64,000 nucleotides of DNA from Mobula hypostoma (Eukaryota). The first letter of the stretch is position 1, and the number at the start of each line of letters is the position of its first letter. This document shows, in pieces, positions 13,634 through 25,914 of this stretch. The translations under genes were made by a program, and so were the position numbers. Location of the stretch: the NCBI RefSeq assembly GCF_963921235.1, contig NC_086108.1, forward strand, positions 3,534,001-3,598,000, in the 5' to 3' direction. The notes beneath the pieces are model-generated. The model did no database searches, was not told the DNA's origin, and saw only the letters and a list, made by a program, of their open reading frames with translations.

Positions 13634-13829
13634 TATTATCAATGTATGTTCAGGATATGTCACCAAATACAACCCTGAGATTCATTTTCTTGCAAGCATT
13701 CACACAAAACAAAAAACTACAATGAAAAACTACACACAAAGACTGACAACCAACGTGCAAAAGAAGACAGCTCTACAATTACAAAATAAAACAAATAAAG
13801 ATTGAGAACATGAGTTGTGGACTCCTTCA

Positions 13830-14260
13830 GAATTAGAATCAGAATCTGGTTTAATATCACCGGCATGAGTCATGAAACTTGTTAGCTTTGCGGTAGCAGT
13901 ACAATGCAATACCTGATAATATAGAAAAGGCTGTGAATTACAATAAGTATATATATATATATGTATATCAAATAGTTAAATAAGTATGCAAAAACAGAAA
14001 TAAAAACGTACTGAGGCAGTGTTCATGGGTTCAATGTCCATTCAGAAATCGGGTGGCAAAGGGGAAGAAGCTGTTCCTGAATCGTTGAATGTGTGCCTTC
14101 AGGCTCCTGTACCTCCTCCCTGATGGCAGCAATGAGAGGAGGGCGTTTCCTGGCTGGTGGGGATCCTTAATATTGGGTGTCATCTTTTTGAGGCGCCGCC
14201 CCTTAAAGATGTGTTGGGCACTGCAGAGGTTAGTACCCAAGATGGAGCTGACTAATTTTT
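13830..14260 (-). mobile_element. Rex1-like LINE 3' fragment
   Basis: LLPSGRRYRSLKAHIQRFRNSFFP and (ATTCTG)n tail. Confidence 0.75.
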
Positions 14261-14494
14261 ACACACTCTCTGCAAAGTCAGTTCAGAGTTGGGGTGAGTG
14301 AAGTTATCTGCACAGGTTCAGAAGCCTGATGGTTGCAGGATAATAACTGTTCCTGAACTTGGTCTCCACAAACTGTGGTTGTATTCCATGGAACTTCAAG
14401 GGTAATTTTGATCAGACTGCCGTTATTTGTTTTTGTTAGGCTCCCCCCAAGCTGTGTGACATCTCTCTTCCCCTTTATTAGGGACAGAGAGCGC

Positions 14495-14958
14495 CTGTGG
14501 CATGTTCAGAGATGCTCTTCTGCAAACCACTGTTGTAGAACTTGCTTATTTGAGTTACAGTCGCCTTCCAATCAGCTTGAACCAATCTGGCCATTCTCTT
14601 CTGACCTCTCTCATTAAAAAGGCGTTTTTGCCCACGGAACTGCCACTCACTGGATGTTTTTGTTTTGTTTTTTTGCACATTCTCTGTTAAACTCTAGAGA
14701 CTGTTGTGTGTGTAAATCACAGGAGATCAGCAGTTTCTGGGGTACTCAAACCACCCCATCTGGCACCAACAATCATTTCATGGTCACAGACACTTAGATC
14801 ATATTTTTCCCCCCATTCTGATGTTTGGTCTGAACAACAACTGAGCCTCTTGACCGTGTCTGCATGCTTTTATGCATTGAGTTGCTACCACATGATTGGC
14901 TGATTAGATATTTGCATTAGTGAGCAGGTGTACCTTGTAAAGTGGCCATGGAGTGTAT
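14495..14958 (-). mobile_element. Non-autonomous Tc1-like element, partial
   Basis: ERGQKRMARLVQADWKATVTQI...QKSISE transposase remnant; end reads aaagtggccatggagtg-TA. Confidence 0.7.
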
Positions 14959-15061
14959 GTCACCATAAACTACCCTGAGATTCAAAAATACTGAGAACAC
15001 GAGTTGTAAAGTTGTTGAAAGTGAGTCCATGGGTGTGTTTAGGGATCGGATCAGCGTATAG

Positions 15062-15625
15062 GTGAGTGAAGTTATCCACACTGGTTCAGGAGGCTGATGG
15101 TCGTGGGGTAATAACTGTTCCTGAACCTGGTGGTGTGGGACCTGAGGCTCATTGTGGTGAGTGAAGTTATCCACACTGGTTCAGGAGCCTGATGGTTGTG
15201 GGGTAATAACTGTTCCTGAACCTGGTGGTGTGGGACCTGAGGCTCATTGTGGTGAGTGAAGTTATCCACACTGGTTCCGGAGCCTGATGGTTGAGGGGTA
15301 ATAACTGTTCCTGAACCTGGTGGTGTGGGACCTGAGGCTCATTGTGGTGAGTGAAGTTATCCACACTGGTTCAGGAGCCTGATGGTTGTGGGGTAATAAC
15401 TGTTCCTGAACCTGGTGGTGTGGGACCTGAGGCTCATTGTGGTGAGTGAAGTTATCCACACTGGTTCAGGAGCCTGATGGTTGAGGGGTAATAAATGTTC
15501 CTGAACCTGGTGGTGTGGGACCTGAGGCTCATTGTGGTGAGTGAAGTTATCCACACTGGTTCAGGAGCCTGATGGTCGTGGGGTAATAACTGTTCCTGAA
15601 CCTGGTGGTGTGGGATCTAAGGCTC
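15062..15625 (-). repeat. 95-bp LINE-derived tandem array 1 (6 units)
   Basis: Units start at 15062, 15157, 15252, 15347, 15442 and 15537. Confidence 0.95.
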
Positions 15626-16719
15626 CTGTAGGTAGGAGCAAGAAAGCATGGTCTGGATAGTGATGGCCGTTGATAATGGATAGTGATTTCTTTCAGCAGA
15701 GCTTCTTATAGATGTTCTGAATGGTTTGAAGGGCTTTTCCTGTGATGACGCAACCATTTAGGACACTGTGCATCTATAGACATCAGTCAAAGTTGTTGGT
15801 GCCATGTGAACAGCCCCAGAGGTGGTGCAAAACTGCACACAAACAAAGGCTGAAAAATTGTGCAAATACAAAGGAGATAATAATAACCAAATCAATAAAC
15901 AAACAAACCCTAATGCAGGAATACAGGTTTTTTATATACAGAATTTGATAGAACAATAAATATATAGGATTTAGATATCCTGCTGCACATTCCAGTTCAG
16001 GGGGTGGCGGTAATGCACCTTAAAGCTGTTTGCCAAACAGCATAAAACCTCTGAAGAAGAACAAACAAACAAACAAATAAATAAACAGACAAATACATAA
16101 ATACAACAAAAGAAAACTGCGACCATGAGTTGTTGAGCCCTTGAAAGTGAGTCTGTTGGTCGTAGAATGAGTTCAGAGTTGAGGTGAGTGAAGTTACCCA
16201 CACTGGTTCAGGGCAATAAAGTGTGCAGGTCAGTGCTCTCCTCCTTCCCCCAAGTTTCTGAAATTGTCCTGTGTCCTTCACCGTCCATCTGGAAGGCTCT
16301 GCCCGAGGTGAGCAGAATTAGAGCAACGTCGTTGCTGACACACAACTCCTGTAATCCCCTCTAAGCAGAGCTAAAAACAGGCCCGCGTTCTGTCAGCTCC
16401 ACTCTCATGTAATACCCCCATGTCAATAATAATCTATCGACCTGCTTAATCCTCTCTCAGTCCTCCATAAAGTCTTTCTGTTCACATTGGACACAACTCT
16501 AACCTTTAGTTAAGTGATGTGTTTCCTTTTTATTTTAATAGATTGATGGAAAACTATTAAGGCTGCACGCGATAATTGGGCCTCTTGTTGTCATGGCAAT
16601 TTTGAATTTCAAAGCAATGGGGCATTACTTTGGCAGAATGGAAACCCACTTAGTAGCTGGTAAATAAAAATGCAATAATTTAAAACCTTCCAGGCTGTGT
16701 GGTACTGCAAGATGAGCTC

Positions 16720-17320
16720 CCTCAAGTCGTTCTGCAGATGTGTAGTGGAGAGTTTATTGACTGGCTGCATCACGGTGTACTATGGAAACACCAATGCCTT
16801 TGAACGGAAAATCCTACAAAAGGTAGTGGATTCGCCCCAGTGCATTAAGGGTAAAGCCCATCCAACCATTTTGCACATCTACATGAAAGCAGCATCCGTT
16901 GTCAGAGATCCTAGCCACCCAGGCCGTGCTCTCGTCTCGCTGTTGCCATCAGGTAGAAGGTACAAGAGCCTCAGGACTTGCCCCACCAGGTTCAAGAACA
17001 ATTACTACCCCGCAATAATCAGACTCTTGAAGAAAAGGGGATAACTACACTCACTGGCCAATCCATTGAGATGTTCTCACAACCAACGATCTCACTTTGT
17101 GGACTCTTTATCTCATTATCTCATGTTCTCATTATTTATTGCTATTTATTTATATTTGCATTTGCACAGTTTGCTGTCTTCTGCACTCTGGTTGATCTTT
17201 CATTGATCCTGTTATAGTTACTATTCTATAGATTTACAGAGTATGCCCACAAGAAAATCTCAAGGTTGTATATGGTGACATATATGTACTTTCATATTAA
17301 AATTTACTTTGAACTTTTAT
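16720..17320 (+). mobile_element. Rex1-like LINE 3' fragment
   Basis: CRCVVESLLTGCITVYYG...LLPSGRRYKSLR...RFKNNYYP. Confidence 0.78.
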
Positions 17321-17861
17321 AAGAGGGGTTTATAAGAGAAGTTTTTCTTCACACAGAGTGGTGGGTGCATGGAATGCACTGCCAGCAAAGATGGTAGAGG
17401 TGAATACAATAGGATCTTTTAAGAGACTGTTAGATAGGTACGTGGAGCTTAGAAAAACAGAGGGCTATGTGGTAGAGAAATTCTAGGCAGCTTCTAGAGT
17501 AGGTTACATGGTTGGCACAACATTGTGGGCCGAAGGGCCTGTAATGTGCTGTAAATTTCTATGTTTCTATGGGGGGGGTGCATGGTGAGTTTCCACACCA
17601 CCAGGTTCAGGAACAGTTATTACCCCTCAACCGGAACCAGTGCGGATAACTTCACTCATCTCAACTCTGAACTGACTTCACAAACTACAGACGCACTTTG
17701 AATGACTCTACAACTTGTGATCTCCATTTTGTTTTATCTATTTGTGTATTTATTTGAGATTCAAAGTTTCAAAGTACACTTATTATCAAAGTACATATTC
17801 AGTATACAACCCTGAGATTTGTCTTTCCACGGACCGCCACTAAACAACAACATATTTATTT

Positions 17862-18042
17862 GCAAACAACAGGAATTCTACAGATGCTGGAAATTCAAGC
17901 AACACACATCAAAGTTGCTGGTGAACGCAGCAGGCCAGGCAGCCTCTCTAGGAAGAGGTGCAGTCGACGTTTCAGGCCGAGACCCTTCGTCAGGTCCTGC
18001 CTGGCTGCTGCGTTCACCAGCAACTTTGATGTGTGTTGCTTG
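17862..18042. mobile_element. Fold-back PLE pseudo-LTR insertion with hammerhead core (minus strand, about 17961-17993)
   Basis: 13-bp TSD AACATATTTATTT (17849-17861/18043-18055); inverted arms at about 17894-17942 and 17997-18044. Confidence 0.8.
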
Positions 18043-18691
18043 AACATATTTATTTATTTTCTTTAGCGATATAGCGCAGAATAGGCACATCCAGCTGTTG
18101 GAGCCATGCTGCCCAGCAATCCCAACAGGCCCAATTACCCCTAACCTAATTACAGGACAATTTAAAAACGACCAGTTAACCTTTCTGGTACATCTTTGAA
18201 CTGTGGGAGGAAACCGGACTACCTAGGGAAAACCCACACATTTCACGGGGAGGAGGTGCAGACTCTTTACAGAAGCCATTGGGATTGAACTTCGACGCCC
18301 CAAGCTGTAAAAGCGTTGCACTAACCATTACACAGCACCCTTAATAAGAAATATATATATATATATATATATAAAATTAAATTAAGTCAGTCATGCAAAA
18401 AGAGAGCAAAAAAGAAAACAATAGTGAGGTGGTGTACATGCATTCATATGTACTCTACATTGAAAAATACAGTGAAGTTAATAACTTTTAATCAAATCAA
18501 ATTGGCGAGGATTGTGCTGGGTAGCCTGCAAATATCACCACACTTCTGGCACCAACAGTACGCCCACAACTCATTAATGCAAACCCATTCACCCTTGGAC
18601 GTTGGGAGGAAACTGAAACTTCTGGAGGAAACCCACACAGTCGTGAAGAGAACAGACAAACTCCTTACAGGCAGTGGCGAGAATTGAACTG

Positions 18692-18855
18692 CTATCACAA
18701 CACCAGACACCCAGTTCAGTTCCCGCTGCTGTCCATAAGGAGTTTAACGGACAGCAGGTTAGCGTAGTGATTAGTGTAACACTATCACAGCACCAGACAC
18801 CCAGTTCAGTTCCCACTGCTGTCCATAAGGAGTTTAACGGACAGCACGGTAGCGT
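18692..18855 (+). repeat. Tandem duplication (90-bp period) of a V-SINE tRNA-like head
   Basis: ctatcac...acggacagca repeated at 18692 and 18782. Confidence 0.8.
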
Positions 18856-19245
18856 TGCAGTTTGCAGAACACTATTACTGCACCAAAGATTCAAAGTACA
18901 TTTATTATCAAGGTATCTATGCAGTATTCAACCCTGAGATTTGTCTTCCTCACAGACGCCACGAAACAAAGAAAAACACGGAACTCATTCAGAGAAAAAC
19001 AGTAAACCACACCTTCCCCACAAGCGCAAAGAAAACTAATCATGCAAATGGCAAAAAAAAGACCAAAAACACGGAACATAAAACACAAAAACACAAGATT
19101 CCAGGCATATTCAGTTCAGTTTCATCTAGTGCGGAGACGCTCATAAACTGTAGGCCACCACGGTCAAAACTGCCCAAGTGACCAAAAACCAGAGACACAG
19201 AGTGAACTACAGAGCTGATTGTTTGCTTGTTTACTTTATTTATAT

Positions 19246-19745
19246 CAGACATCCCACCCTGCAAAAACTCATTTCAGGGAGGTAGCGCCATCAATTTGAG
19301 GGAGACTCCTGGAACTTCCGGGAGAGGTGGGATCTCTGCAATAGAGTAGCCCTTAGCAGCTAGCCAGCTAGTTTAAATAATGTTAGCCATGCGAATGAAC
19401 GAATGACACCTGTTAAACTCACCTCAACATGTCTTTTACAGTCTTAACCCACCATGGGCAATAGAAAAGTCACTGTTGCAAACAGTGCAGCGAACAACAC
19501 TGTCATTATTTTGAGCCCTATTAGGCAGGGGTACACTTTAGGGTAGTCTGGGGTGACGTACGTTTTATATTTTCTTTTTTTGGAAAATTCTGCCATGGCG
19601 CACTCTCACTCTCTCTCTCTTGCCTTCTCTCGCTCACTCTCAAAAAAATTGACTTCCGTGATATTGTATATAATTTGTGGGCATCAGGGAGCCACTATTA
19701 ATATGCGGGAGACTCCTGGACCTTCCGGGAGAGGTGGGATGTCTG
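19246..19745. mobile_element. 500-bp MITE with 13-bp TIRs and 6-bp TSD
   Basis: CAGACATCCCACC ... GGTGGGATGTCTG, with TTATAT on both sides. Confidence 0.85.
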
Positions 19746-20229
19746 TTATATTTGCACTGTTTGTCTTCTTTTGCACACTGGATGTTTGTCAGTTTCTGTG
19801 TGAAGTTTTTCATTGATTCTCTTGTTTTTCATTATTCTACTGTGAATGCCTGCAGGAAAATAAATCTCAGGGTTGTATATGGTGACATATAAGTATTTTT
19901 TGATAATACATTTACTTTGAACTTTGTACTGTTAGATACTATACCCCAGCTATGAAGGGAAACTTTTTTTTGCCTTCTTTACTGCTCTATCTACCTGTGC
20001 TGCCACCTTCAGTGATCTATGCGATTGCAATGAGTTTTTAATGCAAGTTAGCTTTGTGCAGACTGACTGCAGAATTTTCCGTGCTACAACACTGGGAAGT
20101 CATGTAAAGGAAATGGGGGCAAGCAGAGGTTGTATATGGGGTAAGTTACCACTTTGTCCTAACAATGGCTCCTCTGACTGTACGGGACTCCCTCAGTGTG
20201 GATTGTGTTCCCACGTTTTGAGTGAAGAG

Positions 20230-20975
20230 CAAATGGATTAGATTGTTCACTTGACTTCAGAAAAGGTAAGATGAGGGAACACAAACCAATCCTCAGGGAG
20301 GGATCAGAAGTGGAGAGAGTGAGCAATTTCAATTTCCTGGCTGTCAAGACCTCTGAGGATCTAACCCGGTCCCAACTTATCGATACAGCTATAAAGAAGG
20401 CAAAACAACAGCTATATTTCATTAGGAGTTTGAGGAGATTTGGTTTGTAACCTAAAACATTTGAAAACTTCTACAGAGCATTCTAACTGGCTGCATCACC
20501 ATCTAGTATGGGGTGGGGGGAGTGGCTACTGCACAGGATCGAAGTAAGCTGCAGAGAGTTATAAAATTAGTCTGCTCCATCATGGGCACTAGCCCCTATA
20601 GTATCCAGGACATCTTCATGGAGCAATGCCTCAAAAAGGTGGCATCCATCATTAAGGACCCTGTCACCCAGGACACGCCCTCTTCTCACTATTACCATCA
20701 GGGAGGAGGTACAGGAGCCTGAAAACACACACTCAATGATTCAGGAACAGCTTCTTCCCCACTGCTATCAGATTTCTGAATGGACATTGAACCCATGAAC
20801 ACTATGTCACTACCTTGATTTTATTTGTTTTTAAATCACTTAATTTAATTATTTAGTATACGTACATACACTTACTGTAATTCAGTTTTTTTCCTATATT
20901 ATGTATTGCATTGTACTACTGCTGCAAATTAACAAATTTCAGAACGTATGCTGTGGATATTAAATCCAATTCTGG
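20230..20975 (+). mobile_element. Rex1-like LINE 3' fragment
   Basis: Decayed ERVSNFNFL...KKAKQQLYFIRSLRRFG...RFRNSFFP. Confidence 0.75.
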
Positions 20976-21246
20976 TCCTTTACACCATAGTAACAACACA
21001 TTAGTGTAACGTTGTCTGTAAGGGGTTTATATGTTGCACCAGTGTTTCCTCCCACATTCCGAAGACACAAGGGTTAAGCTTTGTGAGCTGTGGGCATGAT
21101 AGATCGGTGCCCGAAGTATGGCGACACTTGCTGGCTGCCCCTGACAACATCCACAGACTGTGTTGGTCATTGGCATTAACGACGCAGTTCACTGTATGTT
21201 TTGATGCTAACCTCTTTTAATCTGCGGCTAGCTGGACAGACATCTG

Positions 21247-21766
21247 TCTGAGGAAAGACATCTTTGCCATAGAGGGAGTACAAAGAAGGTTCACCAGATT
21301 GATTCCTGGGATGGCAGGTCTTTCATATGAAGAAAGACTGGATGAACTGGGCTTGTACTCGTTGGAATTTAGAAGATTGAGGGGGGATCTGATTGAAACG
21401 TATAAGATCCTAAAGGGATTGGACAGGCTAGATGCAGGAAGATTGTTCCCGATGTTGGGGAGGTCTAGAACGAGGGGTCACAGTTTGAGGATAGAGGGGA
21501 AGCCTTTTAGGACCGAGGTTAGGAAAAACTTCTTCACACAGAGAGTGGTGAATCTGTGGAATTCTCTGCCACAGCAAACTGTTGAGGCCAGTTCATTAGC
21601 TATGTTTAAAAGGAAGTTAGATATGGCCCTTGTGGCTACAGGGGTCAGGGGGTATGGAGGGAAGGCTGGGTTCTGAGTTGGATGATCAGCCATGATCATA
21701 ATAAATGGCGGTGCAGGCTCGAAGGGCCGAATGGCCTACTCCTGCACCTATTTTCTATGTTTCTAT
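21247..21766 (+). mobile_element. Young CR1 LINE, 5'-truncated, apparently identical to the 2281 copy
   Basis: ORF 21299-21676 has the same translation as the end of ORF 2321-2950; TTTCTATG tail. Confidence 0.93.
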
Positions 21767-22044
21767 ACCATGCAGGATATAGTCTATGATTTCTCCGAAG
21801 GTGCACTGTTATAGCAGCCGGTCATTGCATTCCATTTCTCTACTTAAACATTTGCTTCAGTGTTTTCCAGACTTGTTTAAGTGGAGTCCAACAGATAACT
21901 ACTGGTGTATCCAACTCAACAGGAACCACAGGCGAATTTCAACTCCTCAGCAATTTAATCTCAGCTCTGCCTCTTGCCTTTCAAAGATCAAAGGTCAAGG
22001 CAAATTTTTTTATCAAAGTACATATGGTTATTATTCTGTAGATT

Positions 22045-22950
22045 TATTGTCAGGAGTTTATGTTGCAACTTTATAAAACTCTGGTTAGGCCACGTCTGGA
22101 GTATTGCACACAGTACCGATCACTCCACTATAGGAAGGATGTTGAGGCTTCGGAGAGGGTGCAGAAGAGGTTTACCAGGAAGTGCCTGGTTTGGAGGGCA
22201 TGTGCTATCACGAGAGGCTGGATAAACTTGGGTTGTTTCTCTGGAGCATTTGAGGCTGAGGGGAGATCTGATGATTATGAGAGGCATAGATAGAGTGGGT
22301 GTTGGCGTGTGGCCAAGTGGTTAAGGCGTTGGTCTAGTGATCTGAAGGTCGCTAGCTGGAGCCTCAGCTGAGGCAGCGTGTTGTGTCCTTGAGCAAGGCA
22401 CTTAACCACACGTTGCTCTGCGACGACACCGGTGCCAAGCTGTATGGGTCCTAATGCCCTTCCCTTGGACAACATTGGTGGCGTGGAGAGGGGAGACTTG
22501 CAGCGTGGGCAACTGCCGGTCTTCGATACAACCTTGCCCAGGCCTGCACCCTGGAAACCTTCCAAGGTGCAAATCCATGGTCTCGTGAGACTAACGGATG
22601 CCTATTATTAAGATCGAGTGGACAGAGAGTATCTGTTTCCCAGGGTTGAAATGTCCAACACTATAGAGCATGCATTGAAGGTGGGAGGTGGGAGGTTCAA
22701 GGGGGATGTGAGAGGTGTATTTTTTACTCAGAGAGTAGTGGATGCCTGGAATGTGCTGCCTGGTCTGGTGGTAGAGGCAAATACATTAGAGGCTTTTAAG
22801 AGACATTTAAATATACACATGGATGTGGGGAAGATGGGGGGATATGGACGTGGTGTAGGTATGAGGGATTAATTTCATTTGCCTTTTAGCTGGTTCAGTA
22901 CAAAATTGTGGGCCGAATGGCCTGTTGCTGTGCTGTATTCTTCTGTGTTC
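22045..22950 (+). mobile_element. CR1 LINE 3' part interrupted by a SINE
   Basis: LYKTLVRPRLEYC and FFTQRVVDAWNVLP. Confidence 0.8.
22299..22610 (+). mobile_element. CORE-type SINE (same family as 11565)
   Basis: High similarity to 11565-11876, (TAT)n tail, and TSD AGATAGAGTGG/AGATCGAGTGG. Confidence 0.85.
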
Positions 22951-23299
22951 TGCAAATGTCACCATATACAACCAAGAGATTCATTTTCTCACAGGCATTC
23001 TCAGTAAATATATTCAGAACTTCAAAATAAGTTTATTATCAAGTTCATATTTGTCACCATATGGAACCCTCAGATTCATTTTCTTGTGGGCATACTCAAT
23101 AAATCTACAGAATAATAACCATAACCGAATCAATGAAAGACTGCCCAACTAGGGCGATCAATCAGAGTTCAAAAGACAACTACCATGCAAATACAAAAAG
23201 AAGAAATAATAGCAAATAAATAAGCGATGAATATCAAGAACATGAGAGGAAGAGTCCTTGAAAGTGAGTCTATATCTTGTGGGAACATTTCAATGATGG

Positions 23300-23863
23300 G
23301 TAAGTGAAGTTATCCCCTTTAGTTCAAGAGCAGGATGTTTGTGGGGTAATAACTGTTCCTGAACCTGGTGGTGTGGGACCTGAGGCTCATTGTGCTGAGT
23401 GAAGTTATCCACACTGGTTCAGGAGTCTGATGGTTGAGGGGTAATAACTGTTCCTGAACCTGGTGGTGTGGGACCTGAGGCTCATTGTGCTGAGTGAAGT
23501 TATCCACACTGGTTCAGGAGCCTGATGGTTGTGGGGTAATAACTGTTCCTGAATCTGGTGGTGTGGGACCTGAGGCTCATTGTGGTGAGTGAAGTTATCC
23601 ACACTGGTTCAGGAGCCCGATGGTTGTGGGGTAATAACTGTTCCTGAACCTGGTGGTGTGGGACCTGAGGCTCATTGTGGTGAGTGAAGTTATCCACACT
23701 GGTTCAGGAGCCCGATGGTTGTGGGGTAATAACTGTTCCTGAACCTGGTGGTGTGGGACCTGAGGCTCATTGTGGTGAGTGAAGTTATCCACACTGGTTC
23801 AGGAGCCCGATGGTTGTGGGGTAATAACTGTTCCTGAACCTGGTGGTGTGGGACCTGAGGCTC
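23300..23863 (-). repeat. 95-bp tandem array 2 (6 units, first one host-like)
   Basis: Units start at about 23300, then 23395, 23490, 23585, 23680 and 23775. Confidence 0.95.
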
Positions 23864-24107
23864 CTGAACCTTCTTCCCAATGGCAGTGTTGAGAAGAGAG
23901 CATGTGGGTGGTGGGGTCGCTGATGATGGATGCTGCTTTCCTGCAACAGCATTTCATGTAGATGTGCTCAATACCAAGAAACACAATAGAATCGATGAAA
24001 AGCAGACCACAGACAAAGATAGATAAACAACCAATGTGTAAAAGGCAATAAACGTGCAATTTCAGAAAAAAAAAGAAAAATTAGATAAGTTAACATGTAA
24101 TAAATAT

Positions 24108-24825
24108 ATTCCTGCAAGCAGCCAAAGTGCCACACCAGCCCATTCACTTCCTCCCTCACCTTCATTCAGGGCCCCAAACAGTCCTTCCAGGTGAGGCGAC
24201 ACTTCACCTGTGAATCCGCTGGGGTGGTCTACTGTACCCAGTGGTCATCTACCTTGGTGAGATTCATTATATATTGAGGGACCGCTACATTGAGCACGTC
24301 CACGCCATCAGCCACAAGCAGGACTTCTCAGTGGCCAAACATTTTAATTCCTATTCCCATTCCTGTTCCAATGTGCTGGTCCACGAGCCCCTCTTGTGCC
24401 AGGATGAGCTCACCCTCCGGGTGGAGCTGCAATGACTGACATTCTATCTAGGTAGCCTTCAATCTGATGGCATGCATATTGATTTCTCCTTTTGGTGAAC
24501 AAATTTCTCCCCAACTCCCTGTTCCTCTATTCTTCAATCCGACATTTTACTTATTCTCACTTTTATTTCTTCCCCCTGGGTCCACTCCTCCTTCCTTTTC
24601 TCCTATGGTCCACCCTCCTCTCCTATCAGATTCCTTCCTTTCCAACCTTTGACCTTTCCCACCCATCACTTTCCAACTATCCCCCTTCCCCTCCCCCCAC
24701 GTTTTATTCTGGCATCTTCTCCTTTCCTCCTCGGTCCTGAAGAAGGGTCTCTGTTTAACCCTTTACTCCCTTTTGTAGATGCTGCCTGGCTTGCTGAGTT
24801 CCTCCAGCATTTTGTGTGTGTTGCA
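24108..24825 (+). mobile_element. Decayed Penelope-like element 3' part: GIY-YIG endonuclease remnant plus pseudo-LTR
   Basis: Reads approximately CKQPKCHTSP...RHFTCESAGVVYC...YLGEI...LRDRYIEH...VAKHFN, then a pyrimidine-rich tract, a degenerate cctgaagaagggtctc hammerhead and the gatgctgcctgg end. Confidence 0.8.
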
Positions 24826-25399
24826 ATGAGTTGTAGAGTCCTTCTTCATTTTCCTATCTCCTGTTGAGCTTTCAAACTCAAGCTGCCTGTCAGGTGAATA
24901 TTTCAGAATTCGGTTTAATATCATTGGCCTATGTTATGAAATTTGCTGTTTTACATTGTAATACATTATAATGTAGCAAAGCACACTGCTAGGAACTGCA
25001 GAGATACTATGCCAAACCCTCAGGCTCCCAGACCTCTGGTAGAGGACCAAGATTGAGGGAAAATCACACCACCCATATATATAAATAAATTAAGTAGTGC
25101 TAAACGAGAACAAAAATATTCATGGATTTATTGTTCATATTTTTATTAGAATATTCCACTAATTACTATAACGATTAATCAGATATTCAGTTAATGAAAG
25201 TCATCATGAAAATTGGCACAATCACTTGATCTAAATAAATCCTTGGCCCGAAATCAAATTCGTTTAGAATATATAAATCAGCGGTGATCCCATAGAATTG
25301 TTCACATGACCAAAGGAAGAAAGGTTTGCCTTCTCACCTGCTTCACTAATATTTTGTAAAGTTCAAAGAAAATTTATTATCAAAGTTTGTACACTCAGA

Positions 25400-25890
25400 T
25401 ACCGTCTGTTATGGCAGTGACATTTGGGGCAGTGATGAAGGTCCTCCATCTCTCTCTGTCCTTGACCGTCTTCTCTATCGTGCCCCAGGTGTGGTTCAGG
25501 GGCCTCATTTCTGCATCTACGGTACGGTGCCAAGTTGCCCTTGGTCTCCCACGTTTCCTCCACCCTTCAGGTGTCCAATGAATTGCTGTCTTGACAATGA
25601 AGTTGGCTTCTCTTCTCATCCTGTGCCAAATCCACCTCCAACGTCTCCTTATGATACGTCTTCATGTCCTCTTGGTGACACTGAAGGAGTAGGGTGTGGT
25701 TGGAGATCTTCCTTGGCCAGAAAATATGGAGAATCTGGAAACTCATGGTGTGAAATGATGACCCTTGGCAAGGTCATTCTCTGTCAGGCACCAGCATTCC
25801 GACCCATACAAGAATGTGGCAGAACACAGCTCCGATACAGCTTCACCTTGGAGTGGACACTGTGCTTGGTTGATCATTGGTTGTTGCTCA
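25400..25890 (-). mobile_element. RTE-clade LINE 3' fragment
   Basis: FLYGSECWCLT and WTPEGWRKRGRPRATWHRTV...DRERWR. Confidence 0.78.
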
Positions 25891-25914
25891 TTGCTCATTG
25901 ATCTGAAATGTAAA

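Noticed and set aside
14917..15554. Repeated 65-aa MDNFTHHNEPQ ORFs as a gene family
   Set aside because: They arise from frame rotation through the 95-bp period and use alternative start codons.
15062..15625. 95-bp arrays as hammerhead retrozymes
   Set aside because: The unit has CTGATGG, not CTGANGA, and no GAAA box on either strand.
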